64,000 nucleotides of DNA from Lysobacterales bacterium (GCA_037968555.1 JBBKVS010000299.1:323-64322), one strand, 5' to 3'. Shown: positions 1-11,434, numbered from the stretch's first letter. The notes: a model not told the origin generated them from the letters alone. Translations and numbers: made by a program.

Positions 1-507
1 CAGACCAATCTCAGCACCTTGTCCATGCGATCCTCGCCCCTGGTACGACAATCCATAGGAATGATTTTCCAGGATCACAAGTTGCTCCGGAATAAATCGG
101 TTTTCGATAATGTAGCACTGCCTCTCCTGATTGCCGGTTTGCGTTATGCAGAAATACGTAAACGGGTTCGGGCAGCTCTGGACAAAGTGGGATTACGGCA
201 ACGTGAAAAATCCTGGCCGCTCACTCTCTCGGGTGGTGAACAGCAGCGGGTCGGTATTGCCAGGGCCATAGTTTCCATGCCGCCGATATTGCTGGCTGAT
301 GAACCCACGGGTAACCTGGACCCGGATCTGTCGGCAGAATTATTCAATCTCTTCAGGCAGCTCAACCAGCAAGGTGTAACGGTATTGATCGCCAGCCATG
401 ACCTGTCATTAATCAGGCGCATGGGGAAACGGGTATTGATACTGTCGCAAGGCAGCCTGATCGACGACATACCTGCAGATCCCACCAGTGAAGGGTTTTA
501 CACATGA
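1..507 (+). CDS. ftsE: Cell division ATP-binding protein FtsE (5' end outside window)
   Basis: Frame is open from base 1. ABC signature LSGGEQQRVGIARA and Walker B LLADEPTGNLD. Stop overlaps the ftsX start (ATGA at 504-507). ftsE-ftsX-rpoH synteny. Confidence 0.9.
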   Translation, partial: QTNLSTLSMRSSPLVRQSIGMIFQDHKLLRNKSVFDNVALPLLIAGLRYAEIRKRVRAALDKVGLRQREKSWPLTLSGGEQQRVGIARAIVSMPPILLADEPTGNLDPDLSAELFNLFRQLNQQGVTVLIASHDLSLIRRMGKRVLILSQGSLIDDIPADPTSEGFYT

Positions 508-1466
508 AATCCCAGACACTGAACCGTCGTTTGCGGTCCTGGGGGCGTCGTCAGCTTTACAGTTTTTTCTCCAGCATTGGCACGCTGCTGAGCCACAGGT
601 TCGGCACTTTAATGACCGTGGTTGTGCTGGGTATTGCCATGGTTTTACCCATTGGCTTGCTACTTACCTTGGAGAACCTGCGCAATATTGATTTGCAGCA
701 GGATCAGTGGGGCACGCTGACAGTGTTCCTGCACATGGATGTGACCGAGCAGCAAGTCGAAGGGCTTGAAGAGCAACTCAGCCAGATGGCGGTGGCTGAA
801 ACCAACGCAATATCACCGCAACAAGGTCTGCAGGAGTTTCGCGAGGCTTCCGGTTTTGGCAATGCCCTGGATGTGTTGGACAGTAATCCTTTGCCTTGGA
901 TACTGGAAGTCCAGCCTGAATGGATTGAAGACCAGGATATGGATCAGCAAGTGGCCGCACTGAGTACATGGCTGGAAAGCCATGATCTGGTGGAATCTGT
1001 GGTAGTGGATTCCAAATGGTTGCAAAGGCTGGCGGGCCTGATCCGTCTGGGCGACGCTTTTGTCAGCGTGCTTGGCTTCATGTTCTCGCTGGCCGTGCTG
1101 GTGGTAATTGCGAATACCATACGCCTGGATGTGGGTAATCGCGCAGATGAAATTGAAATCCTCAGCCTGGTAGGGGCCGGGCCGGGTTTCATCCGACTAC
1201 CGTTCCTCTATTCAGGCTTCTGGTACGGTGTTTTAGGGGCATTCTTCGCTTTGGTGCTGCTGGAACTCAGCCTGGCGTATTTGCGGGCGCCCCTGGCCAG
1301 CCTGATGGACGCTTACGGCAACAGTTTTAACCTGGCCGGCATGAGTGTTCCGCAGGTGTTCGGCATGTTTCTGGTGGGCGGTGTCTTGGGCTGGCTAGGG
1401 GCCTGGATTGCCGTTCAACGCTATTTGCGCCAATTGAACCGAGGTGGCCTTTTACATCCCGTGTAG
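504..1466 (+). CDS. ftsX: Cell division permease-like protein FtsX
   Basis: 320 aa. N-terminal TM, periplasmic loop, then three C-terminal TM helices (FtsX/MacB-type fold). Translationally coupled to ftsE. Confidence 0.88.
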   Translation: MKSQTLNRRLRSWGRRQLYSFFSSIGTLLSHRFGTLMTVVVLGIAMVLPIGLLLTLENLRNIDLQQDQWGTLTVFLHMDVTEQQVEGLEEQLSQMAVAETNAISPQQGLQEFREASGFGNALDVLDSNPLPWILEVQPEWIEDQDMDQQVAALSTWLESHDLVESVVVDSKWLQRLAGLIRLGDAFVSVLGFMFSLAVLVVIANTIRLDVGNRADEIEILSLVGAGPGFIRLPFLYSGFWYGVLGAFFALVLLELSLAYLRAPLASLMDAYGNSFNLAGMSVPQVFGMFLVGGVLGWLGAWIAVQRYLRQLNRGGLLHPV

Positions 1467-1490
1467 CAGGCAAATGACGCATTAAAAAGA

Positions 1491-1513
1491 TTCTCAAGAT
1501 TAAATTTTGAGAA
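1491..1513 (+). terminator. AT-rich stem-loop after ftsX (weak terminator or rpoH upstream element)
   Basis: TTCTCAA(1491-1497)/TTGAGAA(1507-1513), 7-bp stem with a 9-nt loop. No clean U-tract follows. Confidence 0.25.
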
Positions 1514-1678
1514 TGGAACGTTCAGTTCATACATGGGTCCAAATTGGCAGTAGAAACCAGAATTCCAACCGGCGGCACTAATTGCCCGGTGAATGGCCTT
1601 GTATCAAGGTTTTTGGGAACTCGGGTTTTTAAAATCATGGCAGTCTGTGATACCATTACCAGCTGCCCAGGAGGATTA

Positions 1679-2542
1679 ATGAGCACAGAATTAGTACCAA
1701 GTCACTTGATGGTCCCCGCCGGGACCGGCAGCCTTGACGCCTACATGCAGGAAGTCAACAAGGTGCCGATCCTGACGCTTGAAGAAGAACAGGACCTGGC
1801 TCGCCGCTATCTTGAGGAAGAAGACCTGGAGGCAGCACGGCGCATGGTTTTGGCGCATCTGCGTTTCGTCGTGCATGTAGCCAAAGGTTACACCGGTTAT
1901 GGATTGGCGCTCGGCGACCTGATTCAGGAAGGCAATATTGGCCTGATGAAGGCAGTTAAGCGCTTTGATCCCGATCATGGGGTTCGCCTGGTTTCTTTTG
2001 CAGTTCACTGGATACGTGCCGAGATGCACGAATTCATTCTGCGCAACTGGCGTATCGTCAAAGTGGCGACGACCAAGGCCCAACGTAAATTATTTTTTAA
2101 TCTGCGCAAATCCAAGAAGCGCCTGGGTTGGCTGAGTAGTGATGAAGTCAACAAAGTAGCCAAGGATTTGGGCGTAAAGCCAGAAGTAGTTCTTGAAATG
2201 GAATCCCGCCTGTCGGGCCAGGATATAGGTTTTGACCTGTCGGCTGATTCAGATGATGAAAGCACTTATGTAGCACCGGTGGCTTTCCTCGAAAGCGAAT
2301 TGCAGGATCCGGGGACGGAAGCTGAATCTGATGATTATCGGGATCACAACGACACCTTGCTATACGCAGGACTCGATGAACTGGATGATCGTAGCCGGGA
2401 CATCATTCGTTGCCGCTGGTTGAGGGAAGACAACAAGGCAACCCTGCAGGAATTAGCCGATCAATACGGTGTTTCAGCAGAACGTATACGACAACTGGAA
2501 GCAAATGCGTTGAAGAAGATGAGGGCGACAATCACCGCCTGA
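1679..2542 (+). CDS. rpoH: RNA polymerase heat-shock sigma factor RpoH (sigma-32)
   Basis: RpoH box [13 protein letters not shown] and sigma-70 regions 2-4. AGGAGG at 1669-1674 precedes ATG 1679. The longer ORF from 1544 has no sigma-like sequence. Confidence 0.93.
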   Translation: MSTELVPSHLMVPAGTGSLDAYMQEVNKVPILTLEEEQDLARRYLEEEDLEAARRMVLAHLRFVVHVAKGYTGYGLALGDLIQEGNIGLMKAVKRFDPDHGVRLVSFAVHWIRAEMHEFILRNWRIVKVATTKAQRKLFFNLRKSKKRLGWLSSDEVNKVAKDLGVKPEVVLEMESRLSGQDIGFDLSADSDDESTYVAPVAFLESELQDPGTEAESDDYRDHNDTLLYAGLDELDDRSRDIIRCRWLREDNKATLQELADQYGVSAERIRQLEANALKKMRATITA

Positions 2543-2567
2543 TTCCGCTGCCACACGATAGAAATTA

Positions 2568-2598
2568 ACGGCCTCCACAGCGGAGGCCGTTTTGTTTT
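2568..2598 (+). terminator. Rho-independent terminator after rpoH
   Basis: ACGGCCTCC(2568-2576)/GGAGGCCGT(2582-2590), 9-bp GC-rich stem with a 5-nt loop, followed by TTTGTTTT (2591-2598). Confidence 0.8.
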
Positions 2599-2610
2599 GG
2601 GAGAGGGAAA

Positions 2611-5190
2611 ATGAGTGAGCATCTTGCCATCCAGCCATGGGTGGTCATGAAGTTTGGGGGAACCAGTGTCAGCAGCCGTGAGCGTTGGCAAACCATCATT
2701 GCCCAAGCTGAAAAGAATCGAAAGCAGGGCCGCAATGTACTGCTGGTTGTGTCTGCCTTGTCGGGTGTAACCAACTTGCTGACCGCTTTGGCTGATACTG
2801 GTGACACCACTGAACAGAGGCGCTTGCTGGGTGAAATCCGAGCGCGGCATCTGGGCTTGCTGGCTGACATGAAAGTGCAGGCGAGCGAGTTATTCAGTCA
2901 ACACTGGCAGTCCCTGGAGGCCATAGCAGCTAACAGCCATTTCCCTTTGAATGCAAAAGACCGGGCAACTTTGCTGGCACATGGCGAACTGTTGTCCAGT
3001 TCCATAGGTGTGCTGGCTTTCTTCACCCAGGGCCAAACCATTTGTTGGCAGGATGCCAGGAAGTTGCTAACCGCTGCCCCAGGCGCAGACAGCAACCCAT
3101 TGGCGGTACGCTGCAGTGATGACACTGACCCGGAAATGCAGGCGGAATTATCCAGCCAGAGTGGTCTTCACATCACCCAGGGATTTATTGCCAGTGATGG
3201 CAATGGTTCAACCTGTTTGCTGGGCAGGGGCGGTTCGGACACTTCCGCCGCCTATTTTGCAGCCCGTTTGCAAGCTGCTGCACTGGAAATCTGGACCGAT
3301 GTACCAGGTATGTTTACGGCAGATCCCCGTGTCGTACCTGATGCACGTTTGTTAAACAGCCTGGGCTATCGGGAAGCCCAGGAGTTGGCCTCCATGGGGG
3401 CCAAAGTTCTACATCCACCCAGTATTCAGCCGGTGCGCCGTCACAACATTCCGCTATATATCAAGGATACCAGCAGACCCGGTGCTGCTGGGACCCTGAT
3501 CAGTGCGGCAGACCGCGAAGCCCAGGCCCAGGTTAAAGGTGTGGTTAGTCGTAAAGGCATCGTTCTGATCAATATGGAAAATCCTTCCATGTGGCAGCAG
3601 GCCGGATTCCTGGCAGATGCATTTGGCTTATTCAAACAGCATGGCTTTTCGGTGGACCTGGTTTCCACTTCCGAATCGGCCGTGACCGTCAGCCTGGATC
3701 CGGAAACTGCAGTCGATGCAGATGGTCAGCGCCTGAGTAATTTTCTGGACGAATTATCCGAATTGTGTCGTGTTGAATTGCACCGGGATTGTGTATCCAT
3801 CAGCCTGGTGGGCAATGCCATCCGGACCATACTGGGGCGATTGTCTTCGGCTCTGGAAGTATTCCAGGATCGCCACGTGCACATGGTGACGCAATCTGCC
3901 AATGACCTGAATCTGACGCTGGTGGTGGACCCGGATCACGCCGACATCCTGGTGCGAAAACTGCATCAGTTGCTGATCTCTTCACAGGCAGATGGGCGTC
4001 TGGAATTTGGCCCCAGTTGGACTGAACTGAATCAGCAAATCAATACCAATACGCCAGCTCCGGTTTGGTGGCGCCAACGCCAGGACGATTTGTTGCAGCT
4101 ATTGGGTGAACGCGAATGTGCTTATGTTTACAACCTCGATGAGGTTAAACAGGCTGCCACTCGATTGTTGAACATGCGTTCCATCGACCGGGTGCTGTAT
4201 TCGGTTAAAGCCAATGACCATCCGGCCATTATTGAGACGCTGGCAGACGCGGGGCTGGGCTTCGAATGCGTATCCATGAACGAAGTACGCCATATACTGC
4301 AAATCCTGCCGGACTATCAAGTAGCCGATATTCTCTATACGCCTAATTTTGCATCACGCCGTGAATACCAGGAAGCCAGGGACAGCGGTGTGACCATTAC
4401 GATTGATAACGCCTGGGTATTGCAGCAATGGCCTGAAGTCTTTGCCAGCAGTGAAATTTTCCTGCGCCTGGATTTGGAAAGTGGACATGGACACCATAAG
4501 AAAGTCATTACTTCAGGTAAGGACTCCAAATTCGGAATTTCCTTGGCCCACATCGAAGGCCTGCAAGCCATTTTGCAGGCGCATGATATTCGGGTGATGG
4601 GATTGCATGCACACACTGGTAGCGGTGTGACGGATGCCAGTGTCTGGCAAGAACAACTGCAGCGTTTGCTTAAAGTATTGCCGAATTTTCCACAGGTGAA
4701 AGTTTTGGACCTGGGTGGTGGATTTGGAGTGCCGGAACGGCCACTACAGGCCCGCCTGGACCTGGCGGCTCTGGACCAAATGCTAAGTGAAGTTTTGGCG
4801 GGAACCGATATCCGTATCTGGTTGGAACCAGGACGATACCTGGTGGCGGAGGCTGGCATTTTGCTGGCCAGGGTTAACCAGTTGAAAGACAAGGGGCAAT
4901 ACCACTATGCAGGGCTGGCAACCGGAATGAATTCCCTGATTCGCCCGGCTTTGTATGGTGCTTATCACGACATCGTCAATCTCAGCCGATTGGATGAACC
5001 AGCTGAACACAATTACCGAATTGTCGGGCCGATTTGTGAATCAGGTGATGTGTTGGGCGAAAGCCGGCTATTGCCGCAGTGCCACGAAGGTGACCTACTG
5101 CTGATTGCCAATGCCGGTGCCTATGGCCGGGTCATGGCTTCGCATTACAATCGGCGTGCTCCAGCCGAAGAACTGATCTTGGCTGATTAA
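2611..5190 (+). CDS. Bifunctional aspartokinase / diaminopimelate decarboxylase (LysC-LysA fusion)
   Basis: 859 aa. N-terminal half has the aspartokinase signature VMKFGGTSV plus ACT-like region. C-terminal half has PLP decarboxylase motifs [25 protein letters not shown] and CESGDVLG. Confidence 0.88.
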   Translation: MSEHLAIQPWVVMKFGGTSVSSRERWQTIIAQAEKNRKQGRNVLLVVSALSGVTNLLTALADTGDTTEQRRLLGEIRARHLGLLADMKVQASELFSQHWQSLEAIAANSHFPLNAKDRATLLAHGELLSSSIGVLAFFTQGQTICWQDARKLLTAAPGADSNPLAVRCSDDTDPEMQAELSSQSGLHITQGFIASDGNGSTCLLGRGGSDTSAAYFAARLQAAALEIWTDVPGMFTADPRVVPDARLLNSLGYREAQELASMGAKVLHPPSIQPVRRHNIPLYIKDTSRPGAAGTLISAADREAQAQVKGVVSRKGIVLINMENPSMWQQAGFLADAFGLFKQHGFSVDLVSTSESAVTVSLDPETAVDADGQRLSNFLDELSELCRVELHRDCVSISLVGNAIRTILGRLSSALEVFQDRHVHMVTQSANDLNLTLVVDPDHADILVRKLHQLLISSQADGRLEFGPSWTELNQQINTNTPAPVWWRQRQDDLLQLLGERECAYVYNLDEVKQAATRLLNMRSIDRVLYSVKANDHPAIIETLADAGLGFECVSMNEVRHILQILPDYQVADILYTPNFASRREYQEARDSGVTITIDNAWVLQQWPEVFASSEIFLRLDLESGHGHHKKVITSGKDSKFGISLAHIEGLQAILQAHDIRVMGLHAHTGSGVTDASVWQEQLQRLLKVLPNFPQVKVLDLGGGFGVPERPLQARLDLAALDQMLSEVLAGTDIRIWLEPGRYLVAEAGILLARVNQLKDKGQYHYAGLATGMNSLIRPALYGAYHDIVNLSRLDEPAEHNYRIVGPICESGDVLGESRLLPQCHEGDLLLIANAGAYGRVMASHYNRRAPAEELILAD

Positions 5191-8111
5191 TCCTCGCTGT
5201 TTGTAACCCAAGCTTCCGGCGGCGGGCAGGAACAAATCAGGTTGCGATCGCCGAATACGTTGTCAATGCGACTGACCGGCGCCCAGAATTTACTACTGCG
5301 CAGGCCAACTACCGGGTAGGCGGCTGACGCGCGACTGTATGCATGATTCCAGTCATCCAGCAAATCTGCCATGGGATGAGGTGCATGGCGTAAAGCGTTG
5401 TCCTCACGGTCTGATTGTCCTGATTCCACAGCTGCGATTTCTTCACGTATGCACAGCATGGCTTCGATAAAACGGTCAATTTCCGTCAGCGATTCGCTTT
5501 CGGTGGGCTCTATCATCAATGTGCCAGGTACCGGAAAGGACATGGTGGGAGAATGAAAGCCATAGTCGATCAAACGCTTGGCTACGTCTTCTTCGCTGAT
5601 ACCACAGGATTCCTTGAATGGCCGTAGGTCGATGATGCATTCGTGTGCCACACGGCCATTTCTGCCGGTGTAGAGCACCGGGTAAGCACCGGCCAATCGT
5701 TTGGCAATATAGTTGGCGCTGAGTATGGCCACCTGGGTTGCACGCGTCAGGCCATCGCGGCCCATCATGGCGATATAGGCCCAGGAGATGGGTAGTATGC
5801 CAGCACTACCCCACGGAGCAGCAGACACAGCTGGGTTGTTTGCATACGAACCAGTCATTTTAACCACGCTATGGCCAGGCAAAAAAGCTTCCAGGTGTTT
5901 GCCCACGCAAATGGGGCCAACGCCAGGACCACCACCGCCGTGTGGGATACAGAATGTTTTGTGCAGGTTGAGATGCGATACATCGGCACCGAATTTTCCG
6001 GGCGCTGCACAGCCCACCAGTGCATTCAGATTCGCGCCATCGAGATAAACCTGTCCACCGTGTTCATGCACAACAGCGCAGATCTTGCGTATGTCTTCTT
6101 CGAAGACCCCATGGGTGGACGGGTAGGTAATCATCAAGGCTGCCAGCCTGGCCGAATGTTTTTCCGCTTTGCTGCGTAAATCATCCAGGTCCACGTTACC
6201 CTGGTTGTCGCATTTCACCACTTCGATTTTCATGCCGGCCATGGCTGCGCTGGCCGGATTGGTGCCGTGTGCAGACGAAGGAATCAGGCAGATATCACGC
6301 TGAATATCACCCCGTGATTGGTGGTACAGCATGATGGCCAGCAAGCCGGCGTATTCTCCCTGCGAACCCGCATTGGGCTGCAGTGAAACCGCATCGTAGC
6401 CGGTACAGGCAATCAACATTTCTTCCAGTTCGCGCAACAGCTGCTGGTAACCCTCTGCCTGGTCCAGTGGTGCGAACGGGTGGATATCGCTGAATTCAGG
6501 CCAGGTTATCGGAATCATCTCGGTAGTGGCATTCAGCTTCATGGTGCAGGAGCCCAGCGAAATCATTGCATGGGCCAAAGACAAATCCTTGTTTTCCAGG
6601 CGTTTCAGGTAGCGCAGCATCTCGGTTTCAGATTGATACAGATTGAATACCGGATGCACCAGAAAATCACTGCTACGCTGCAGGTTTCCTGAAACGACCG
6701 TGAAGCTGGTGGCCATGGAACGATCAAGCTCAAGCAGATCGATTTTCCCATCGGGTAAAAATGCCTGGATCAGTAGCTGAATGTGCTCGCGGCTGGTCTT
6801 TTCATTGATGCTTGCAGCTAGCATTCCGGCAGCGTCATATCGCAGGTTAATCCCAGCATCCAGCACGCGTTGGTAAATGGCAGCAGCCTGCTCAGGCTCA
6901 AGCCGAAAGCTGACCGTATCGAACCAGCTGGTGTTAATGGGCTTGATACCACCCGATTCCAGGCCTTTTACCAGCAGGCTGGTGAGGCGGTGTATGCGTT
7001 GAGCAATTTTTACCAACCTGGCTTTACCATGCCAGGTCACATACATGCCGCTGATAACAGCCAGCAGAGCCTGGGCAGTACAAATATTACTGGTGGCCTT
7101 GTCGCGGCGTATGTGCTGTTCACGGGTTTGCAAGGCCATGCGCAAGGCCAGTCTTCCCTGGCTGTCGCGTGATACGCCTATCACCCGCCCGGGCAATGAG
7201 CGTTTGTAATCTTCACGCGTAGCAAAAAATGCTGCATGGGGCCCGCCATAAGCCATGGGAACGCCGAAGCGTTGTGCCGAGCCTATCACCACATCGGCAT
7301 TCATTTCGCCGGGCGGTTTCAACAGCACCAGGCTCATCAGGTCAGTCGCAACGGCTACCAGCGCCCCCTGTTTCTGGGCCTGGGCGATCAGTTCGACAGG
7401 ATCGATGAGCTGGCCGTTAACCCCAGGGTATTGCAGCAGCACAGCGAAGTATTCACCCTGCTTGAGCAATTCGCCAGCATCGCCAATTACCAGCTCGATG
7501 CCCAGATAGGAAGCGCGGTTCCTGACCACGTCCAGGGTCTGGGGCAGCACATTTTCATCTACCAGGAAGCGGCTGGATTGGGAACGACGATTCACCCGCT
7601 GTAGCATGGTCATAGCCTCAGCCGCTGCAGTGGCCTCATCCAGCAAAGAAGCGTTGGCAATATCCATGGCCGTGAGATCGCAGACCATTTGCTGGAAGTT
7701 CAGCAAGGCTTCAAGACGACCCTGTGAAATTTCTGCCTGGTAGGGTGTGTAGGCTGTGTACCAGCCCGGATTTTCCAACACATTGCGCTGGATCACCGCT
7801 GGCAATATGGTTTCGTGATAACCCAGACCTATCATGCTGTGTTGTACGCGGTTCAGTGCTGCCAGCTGTCGCAACCGTTGCAGTGTTTCCACTTCATTAC
7901 GGGCGCGAGGCAAATCCAGTGCTTCCTGCAATTGGATGCTGGGTGGCAGGGTGGTTGCAATCAGGTCTGCCAAAGACTCCGCGCCGACCACTTCCAGCAT
8001 GGCCTGCACATCCGCTTCACGTGGCCCGATGTGCCGGCTGACAAAATCGCCGTGATCCTCGAGTTGCCGAAGTGGAGTATCAGGAATGGTGGCTGGGCGA
8101 TGTTGATGCAT
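5187..8111 (-). CDS. gcvP: Glycine dehydrogenase (decarboxylating), single-chain P protein
   Basis: 974 aa and full-length GcvP-like throughout ([20 protein letters not shown]; PLP region [16 protein letters not shown]). Its stop overlaps the convergent lysC-lysA stop. Confidence 0.93.
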   Translation of the reverse strand: MHQHRPATIPDTPLRQLEDHGDFVSRHIGPREADVQAMLEVVGAESLADLIATTLPPSIQLQEALDLPRARNEVETLQRLRQLAALNRVQHSMIGLGYHETILPAVIQRNVLENPGWYTAYTPYQAEISQGRLEALLNFQQMVCDLTAMDIANASLLDEATAAAEAMTMLQRVNRRSQSSRFLVDENVLPQTLDVVRNRASYLGIELVIGDAGELLKQGEYFAVLLQYPGVNGQLIDPVELIAQAQKQGALVAVATDLMSLVLLKPPGEMNADVVIGSAQRFGVPMAYGGPHAAFFATREDYKRSLPGRVIGVSRDSQGRLALRMALQTREQHIRRDKATSNICTAQALLAVISGMYVTWHGKARLVKIAQRIHRLTSLLVKGLESGGIKPINTSWFDTVSFRLEPEQAAAIYQRVLDAGINLRYDAAGMLAASINEKTSREHIQLLIQAFLPDGKIDLLELDRSMATSFTVVSGNLQRSSDFLVHPVFNLYQSETEMLRYLKRLENKDLSLAHAMISLGSCTMKLNATTEMIPITWPEFSDIHPFAPLDQAEGYQQLLRELEEMLIACTGYDAVSLQPNAGSQGEYAGLLAIMLYHQSRGDIQRDICLIPSSAHGTNPASAAMAGMKIEVVKCDNQGNVDLDDLRSKAEKHSARLAALMITYPSTHGVFEEDIRKICAVVHEHGGQVYLDGANLNALVGCAAPGKFGADVSHLNLHKTFCIPHGGGGPGVGPICVGKHLEAFLPGHSVVKMTGSYANNPAVSAAPWGSAGILPISWAYIAMMGRDGLTRATQVAILSANYIAKRLAGAYPVLYTGRNGRVAHECIIDLRPFKESCGISEEDVAKRLIDYGFHSPTMSFPVPGTLMIEPTESESLTEIDRFIEAMLCIREEIAAVESGQSDREDNALRHAPHPMADLLDDWNHAYSRASAAYPVVGLRSSKFWAPVSRIDNVFGDRNLICSCPPPEAWVTNSED

Positions 8112-8182
8112 GGATTCTGGGCTCCGGAACAGGTTGGAATTCGGGGCGTATTGTATGACCTTGAGCTGCTCGCGTCAGCGGC

Positions 8183-9070
8183 CTAAGGCAGGAAGTTCTG
8201 CAGATAATGATCAGCCAGCAGAAACACAAACAGCAGCATCAAATAGATAACGGAGTAGCCAAAAGTCTGCATGGGCAGGACTTCACCTTCAACGCTATCG
8301 CCAGCTTGAAGCAAGCGCCAGGCATACCAGAGAAAACCCAGATTGAGCACACTGACACCGGCCAGGTAAAGCAGATTGCTCATGCCTGTGAGGTAGGGCA
8401 GGGTAGTCACTAGTACCAATAAAATGGTGTAGAACAGGATATGCCAACGCGTAAACGCATTGCCGTGGGTCACTGGCAACATGGGCATGCCCACGGCGGC
8501 ATAGTCCAGTCGGCGGTGTATGGCCAGCGCCCAGAAGTGCGGCGGTGTCCAGACAAAGATGATCAGGAACAACAATACTGCGCCTGGATCAACAGATCCT
8601 GTCACTGCCGTCCAACCCAGCAGTGGAGGAGCTGCGCCAGCAGCCCCGCCTATAACAATATTCTGTGGCGTGGCGCGTTTCAGCCAGGCGGTGTAAACAA
8701 TGGCGTAACCAATCAGTGAAATAAATGTCAGTGCGGCAGTCAGCTTATTGACCCAAACCACCAGTATCAACATGGACAATGCACCCAAAGCCAAGGCGAA
8801 AACCAGCACCTGGCGTTCTGCCAGATCGCCTTGTGGCAAGGGGCGATTGCGGGTACGCACCATCACCGCATCAATGCGCTGATCCAGCAAGTGGTTGATG
8901 GCGGCAGCAGAGCCGGAAGCCAGGGCAATACCCAAGGTACCTGCCAGCAAGGCGCTAACAGGTGGCCAGCCGGGAGTGGCCAGGAACATGCCAACGATCG
9001 CGGTAAAGACGATCAGCGAAACCACTTTGGGCTTGGTTAATTCGAAATATCGTGCGGCTTTATCGAGCAT
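8183..9070 (-). CDS. cyoE: Protoheme IX farnesyltransferase (heme O synthase)
   Basis: 295 aa polytopic UbiA-family protein ([29 protein letters not shown]). Last gene of the cox biogenesis cluster. Confidence 0.9.
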   Translation of the reverse strand: MLDKAARYFELTKPKVVSLIVFTAIVGMFLATPGWPPVSALLAGTLGIALASGSAAAINHLLDQRIDAVMVRTRNRPLPQGDLAERQVLVFALALGALSMLILVVWVNKLTAALTFISLIGYAIVYTAWLKRATPQNIVIGGAAGAAPPLLGWTAVTGSVDPGAVLLFLIIFVWTPPHFWALAIHRRLDYAAVGMPMLPVTHGNAFTRWHILFYTILLVLVTTLPYLTGMSNLLYLAGVSVLNLGFLWYAWRLLQAGDSVEGEVLPMQTFGYSVIYLMLLFVFLLADHYLQNFLP

Positions 9071-9073
9071 GAC

Positions 9074-10066
9074 TCAGTATCGCTGCGGGCTGGCGCGGAA
9101 CAACAACCAGATCAGCATGGCTAACAATATGGCGGCCACCGCATTGTGCAGCACCGCAACAGCCAGCGGTAAAAAGAACAGGATATTGGAAATTCCCAGG
9201 CTGATCTGGGTGAACAACAGCACCAGCATTACCGCACCGGCTCGTTGCAAAACCGGCGTTCTGAGCAGGCGTACGGACAATATGCTCAACCAGATGAAAG
9301 TGACTAAGGCCCAGATACGATGTGACCAGTGGATTGCCACGCGTGCGTCCAGGTCGAGTACTCCGCCTTCATAGTCAACGCCAATTTCACGCCAGATTCG
9401 AAAACCCTCGATAAAATCTGCCTGCGGCCACCAGGAACCCTGGCAGGTAGGAAAATCCGGGCAAGCCAGGGCTGAATAATTAGCGCTGGTCCAACCTCCG
9501 AGGAATATCTGCACGATCAGAACGGCCATACCCGCGATGATGGCAGGCCTGAGTCTGCGGATCGGATGGCTGGGATTGTAGCGCCCCGGCCTGGCACTTT
9601 TGAGCGCGAACCAGAGTAACAATGCAAACGTGGTCATGCCTCCCAGCAAATGTGCGGTAACCACCGCGGGCAACAGTTTCAGGGTAACGGTCCACATCCC
9701 CAGGGCAGCCTGGAACAATATCAGTGCCATTATTATTGCAGCGGGCATCCTCAAACCCTGGAAGCGGTGTGTGGGCTTCCAGGCCAGGTAGTTGATCATC
9801 ATTACCAGCAATACCAGGGTACCCGCGAGGTAGCGGTGCACCATTTCCTTCCACGCTTTGTGGGTTTCGACTGGCCGCTCCGGAAAATTCTGGTTGGCCG
9901 TATCAATTTCATGAGTTTGTTCTGGCCAGCTGATGTGGCCATAGCAACCGGGCCAATCCGGGCAGCCCAGGCCGGCATGTGACAGCCGCACATAGGCGCC
10001 GAGTATGATGACGCAGAAGGCGACCAGCGCGGCCAGCAATGCAAGCCTCTGGATGGTAATGGTCAT
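9074..10066 (-). CDS. ctaA: Heme A synthase (COX15/CtaA)
   Basis: 330 aa with about 8 TM helices. Conserved His residues and the GCPDWPGC / CPDFPTC Cys pairs typical of COX15. Confidence 0.88.
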   Translation of the reverse strand: MTITIQRLALLAALVAFCVIILGAYVRLSHAGLGCPDWPGCYGHISWPEQTHEIDTANQNFPERPVETHKAWKEMVHRYLAGTLVLLVMMINYLAWKPTHRFQGLRMPAAIIMALILFQAALGMWTVTLKLLPAVVTAHLLGGMTTFALLLWFALKSARPGRYNPSHPIRRLRPAIIAGMAVLIVQIFLGGWTSANYSALACPDFPTCQGSWWPQADFIEGFRIWREIGVDYEGGVLDLDARVAIHWSHRIWALVTFIWLSILSVRLLRTPVLQRAGAVMLVLLFTQISLGISNILFFLPLAVAVLHNAVAAILLAMLIWLLFRASPQRY

Positions 10067-10671
10067 CAGCTCTTGTCCTGTTTTGACCAGGTCAGCAGGC
10101 GTTTCAGATCCTTGCTCATTCTCGCCTCTGAGTCTGCCATATCGTAGGCCATCATAATGTTACCCAGCGGATCGACCAAATAACTGCTCACAGTGGTGGC
10201 GGAAAGTCCGCCCCGTTGCATGGTTGTTTGCAGGGATTGTTGCAGGCTGCCTGATGGATCGGTCAGCACAGTAAACTGATCATAAACGGCTAGCAGTTGC
10301 TGGTGTAATTCTATATCCACCGGCAACCCGGATAGCAATACCAGTTTCAACCTTTGCTGCTCGCGTCCAGAGGCCTTATGTACCTGGCGCAGCCCAGCCA
10401 CTTTCTGTAAACAGTTTGTTTCGCAGTCTGCAGGCAAGGCCAAGAGGATGACCCAACTGTCCAGCAAGCTCACCACTTGTGTGGTGTCGACAGCGCTTTC
10501 GGTAGTCGCCCAATCCAGGGCAACCGGCGGCTCGATCAGTTTGCCCTGATTGATGGTGTCACCCGATGGCTTGGGCAGGTGCCCGCTGAACATCAATATC
10601 GCTGCCAGCAAGGGCAACAGGAACAGGGCGAGGATGGCCAGCAATTTCAGCCGGTTGGAAGCAATGCTCAC
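10066..10671 (-). CDS. SCO1/SenC-like thioredoxin-fold membrane-anchored protein (divergent)
   Basis: GTG start at 10671 overlaps the SURF1 stop (GTGA). N-terminal TM anchor. CxxxC motif (CETNC) in a WVILLALPADCETNC context. Position in the cox cluster matches a copper chaperone. Confidence 0.6.
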   Translation of the reverse strand: MSIASNRLKLLAILALFLLPLLAAILMFSGHLPKPSGDTINQGKLIEPPVALDWATTESAVDTTQVVSLLDSWVILLALPADCETNCLQKVAGLRQVHKASGREQQRLKLVLLSGLPVDIELHQQLLAVYDQFTVLTDPSGSLQQSLQTTMQRGGLSATTVSSYLVDPLGNIMMAYDMADSEARMSKDLKRLLTWSKQDKS

Positions 10672-11372
10672 GAAGCAGTTCTCCGTATTCGTATGCCCAG
10701 GGTGAAGATCAGGATAATGGCTGCGGCCGCCAGCGCAAACCACTGCACTGCATAAGCCTGGTGTTGAGCGGGCAGGATTACAGCGGGTTGCCAAAATCTA
10801 TCCTCAAAACCACTGCTGTCGGCGGCATCCAGTTTAAGAATCAACGGCGCTATGGGCAGGTTTGTCACCTGCGCAATTTTATTGATATCGAGGTAGGTTA
10901 TTAACATGGGCCCGTCCAATTGATGGATGGCATTGGGTTCGCCCAACTGCACACCACCGCCCGGGGGACGACTGAGCAGGCCGCTGATGACGATTTCGCC
11001 ACTCGGAGTAATTACCGCTGGCAAGCTGCGTCGGTCCGGGTTCATGGCCAGCCAGCCACGGTCAACCAACAGGGGAGTTCCCAAACTGGAATAGAACAGG
11101 CTCAAGACGTGTACGCCGGGTTGGCCCTGCCATATTTTATTATCCAGCAGCAGTTGCCATTGGTTTTCATAGTGTCCCAATATACTTACTCTGGCAAAAT
11201 CCAGGTCGGAGTTTAACGCCTGTTGCAGAGTCATTTCCGGAGCTTGCTCAAAACGCATGAGCAAATCCTGTTTTTCAGCTTTGCGAATGACCTGCCATTG
11301 CCCCAGGCTGGCGAACAGAACCGCCAATACCAGCAGGAAGGTTAAGGGAATAATGCGAACCTGGACATTCAT
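10668..11372 (-). CDS. SURF1 family cytochrome oxidase assembly protein
   Basis: ATG at 11372 gives the N-terminus ...LGQWQVIRKAEKQ typical of SURF1/Shy1, plus a C-terminal TM. The ORF-track start at 11414 is a TTG with no SD. Confidence 0.82.
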   Translation of the reverse strand: MNVQVRIIPLTFLLVLAVLFASLGQWQVIRKAEKQDLLMRFEQAPEMTLQQALNSDLDFARVSILGHYENQWQLLLDNKIWQGQPGVHVLSLFYSSLGTPLLVDRGWLAMNPDRRSLPAVITPSGEIVISGLLSRPPGGGVQLGEPNAIHQLDGPMLITYLDINKIAQVTNLPIAPLILKLDAADSSGFEDRFWQPAVILPAQHQAYAVQWFALAAAAIILIFTLGIRIRRTAS

Positions 11373-11434
11373 GGATTCAAATTGCAGCCGCTTCACTATA
11401 TATTGAAGCCCCAAATAGCGACTCAGAGGTCAAC

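Noticed and set aside
1544-1678. N-terminal 45-codon extension of the rpoH ORF given in the ORF track
   Set aside because: Sigma-32 homology begins at MSTELVP. AGGAGG at 1669-1674 sits just upstream of ATG 1679. The extension is Cys/Gly/Thr-rich with no homology, so I treat it as 5' UTR.
2543-2610. Lysine riboswitch upstream of lysC-lysA. Also a glycine riboswitch upstream of gcvP (8112-8182).
   Set aside because: Both intergenic regions are only about 70 nt, too short for these roughly 100-200-nt elements, and they lack the conserved cores.
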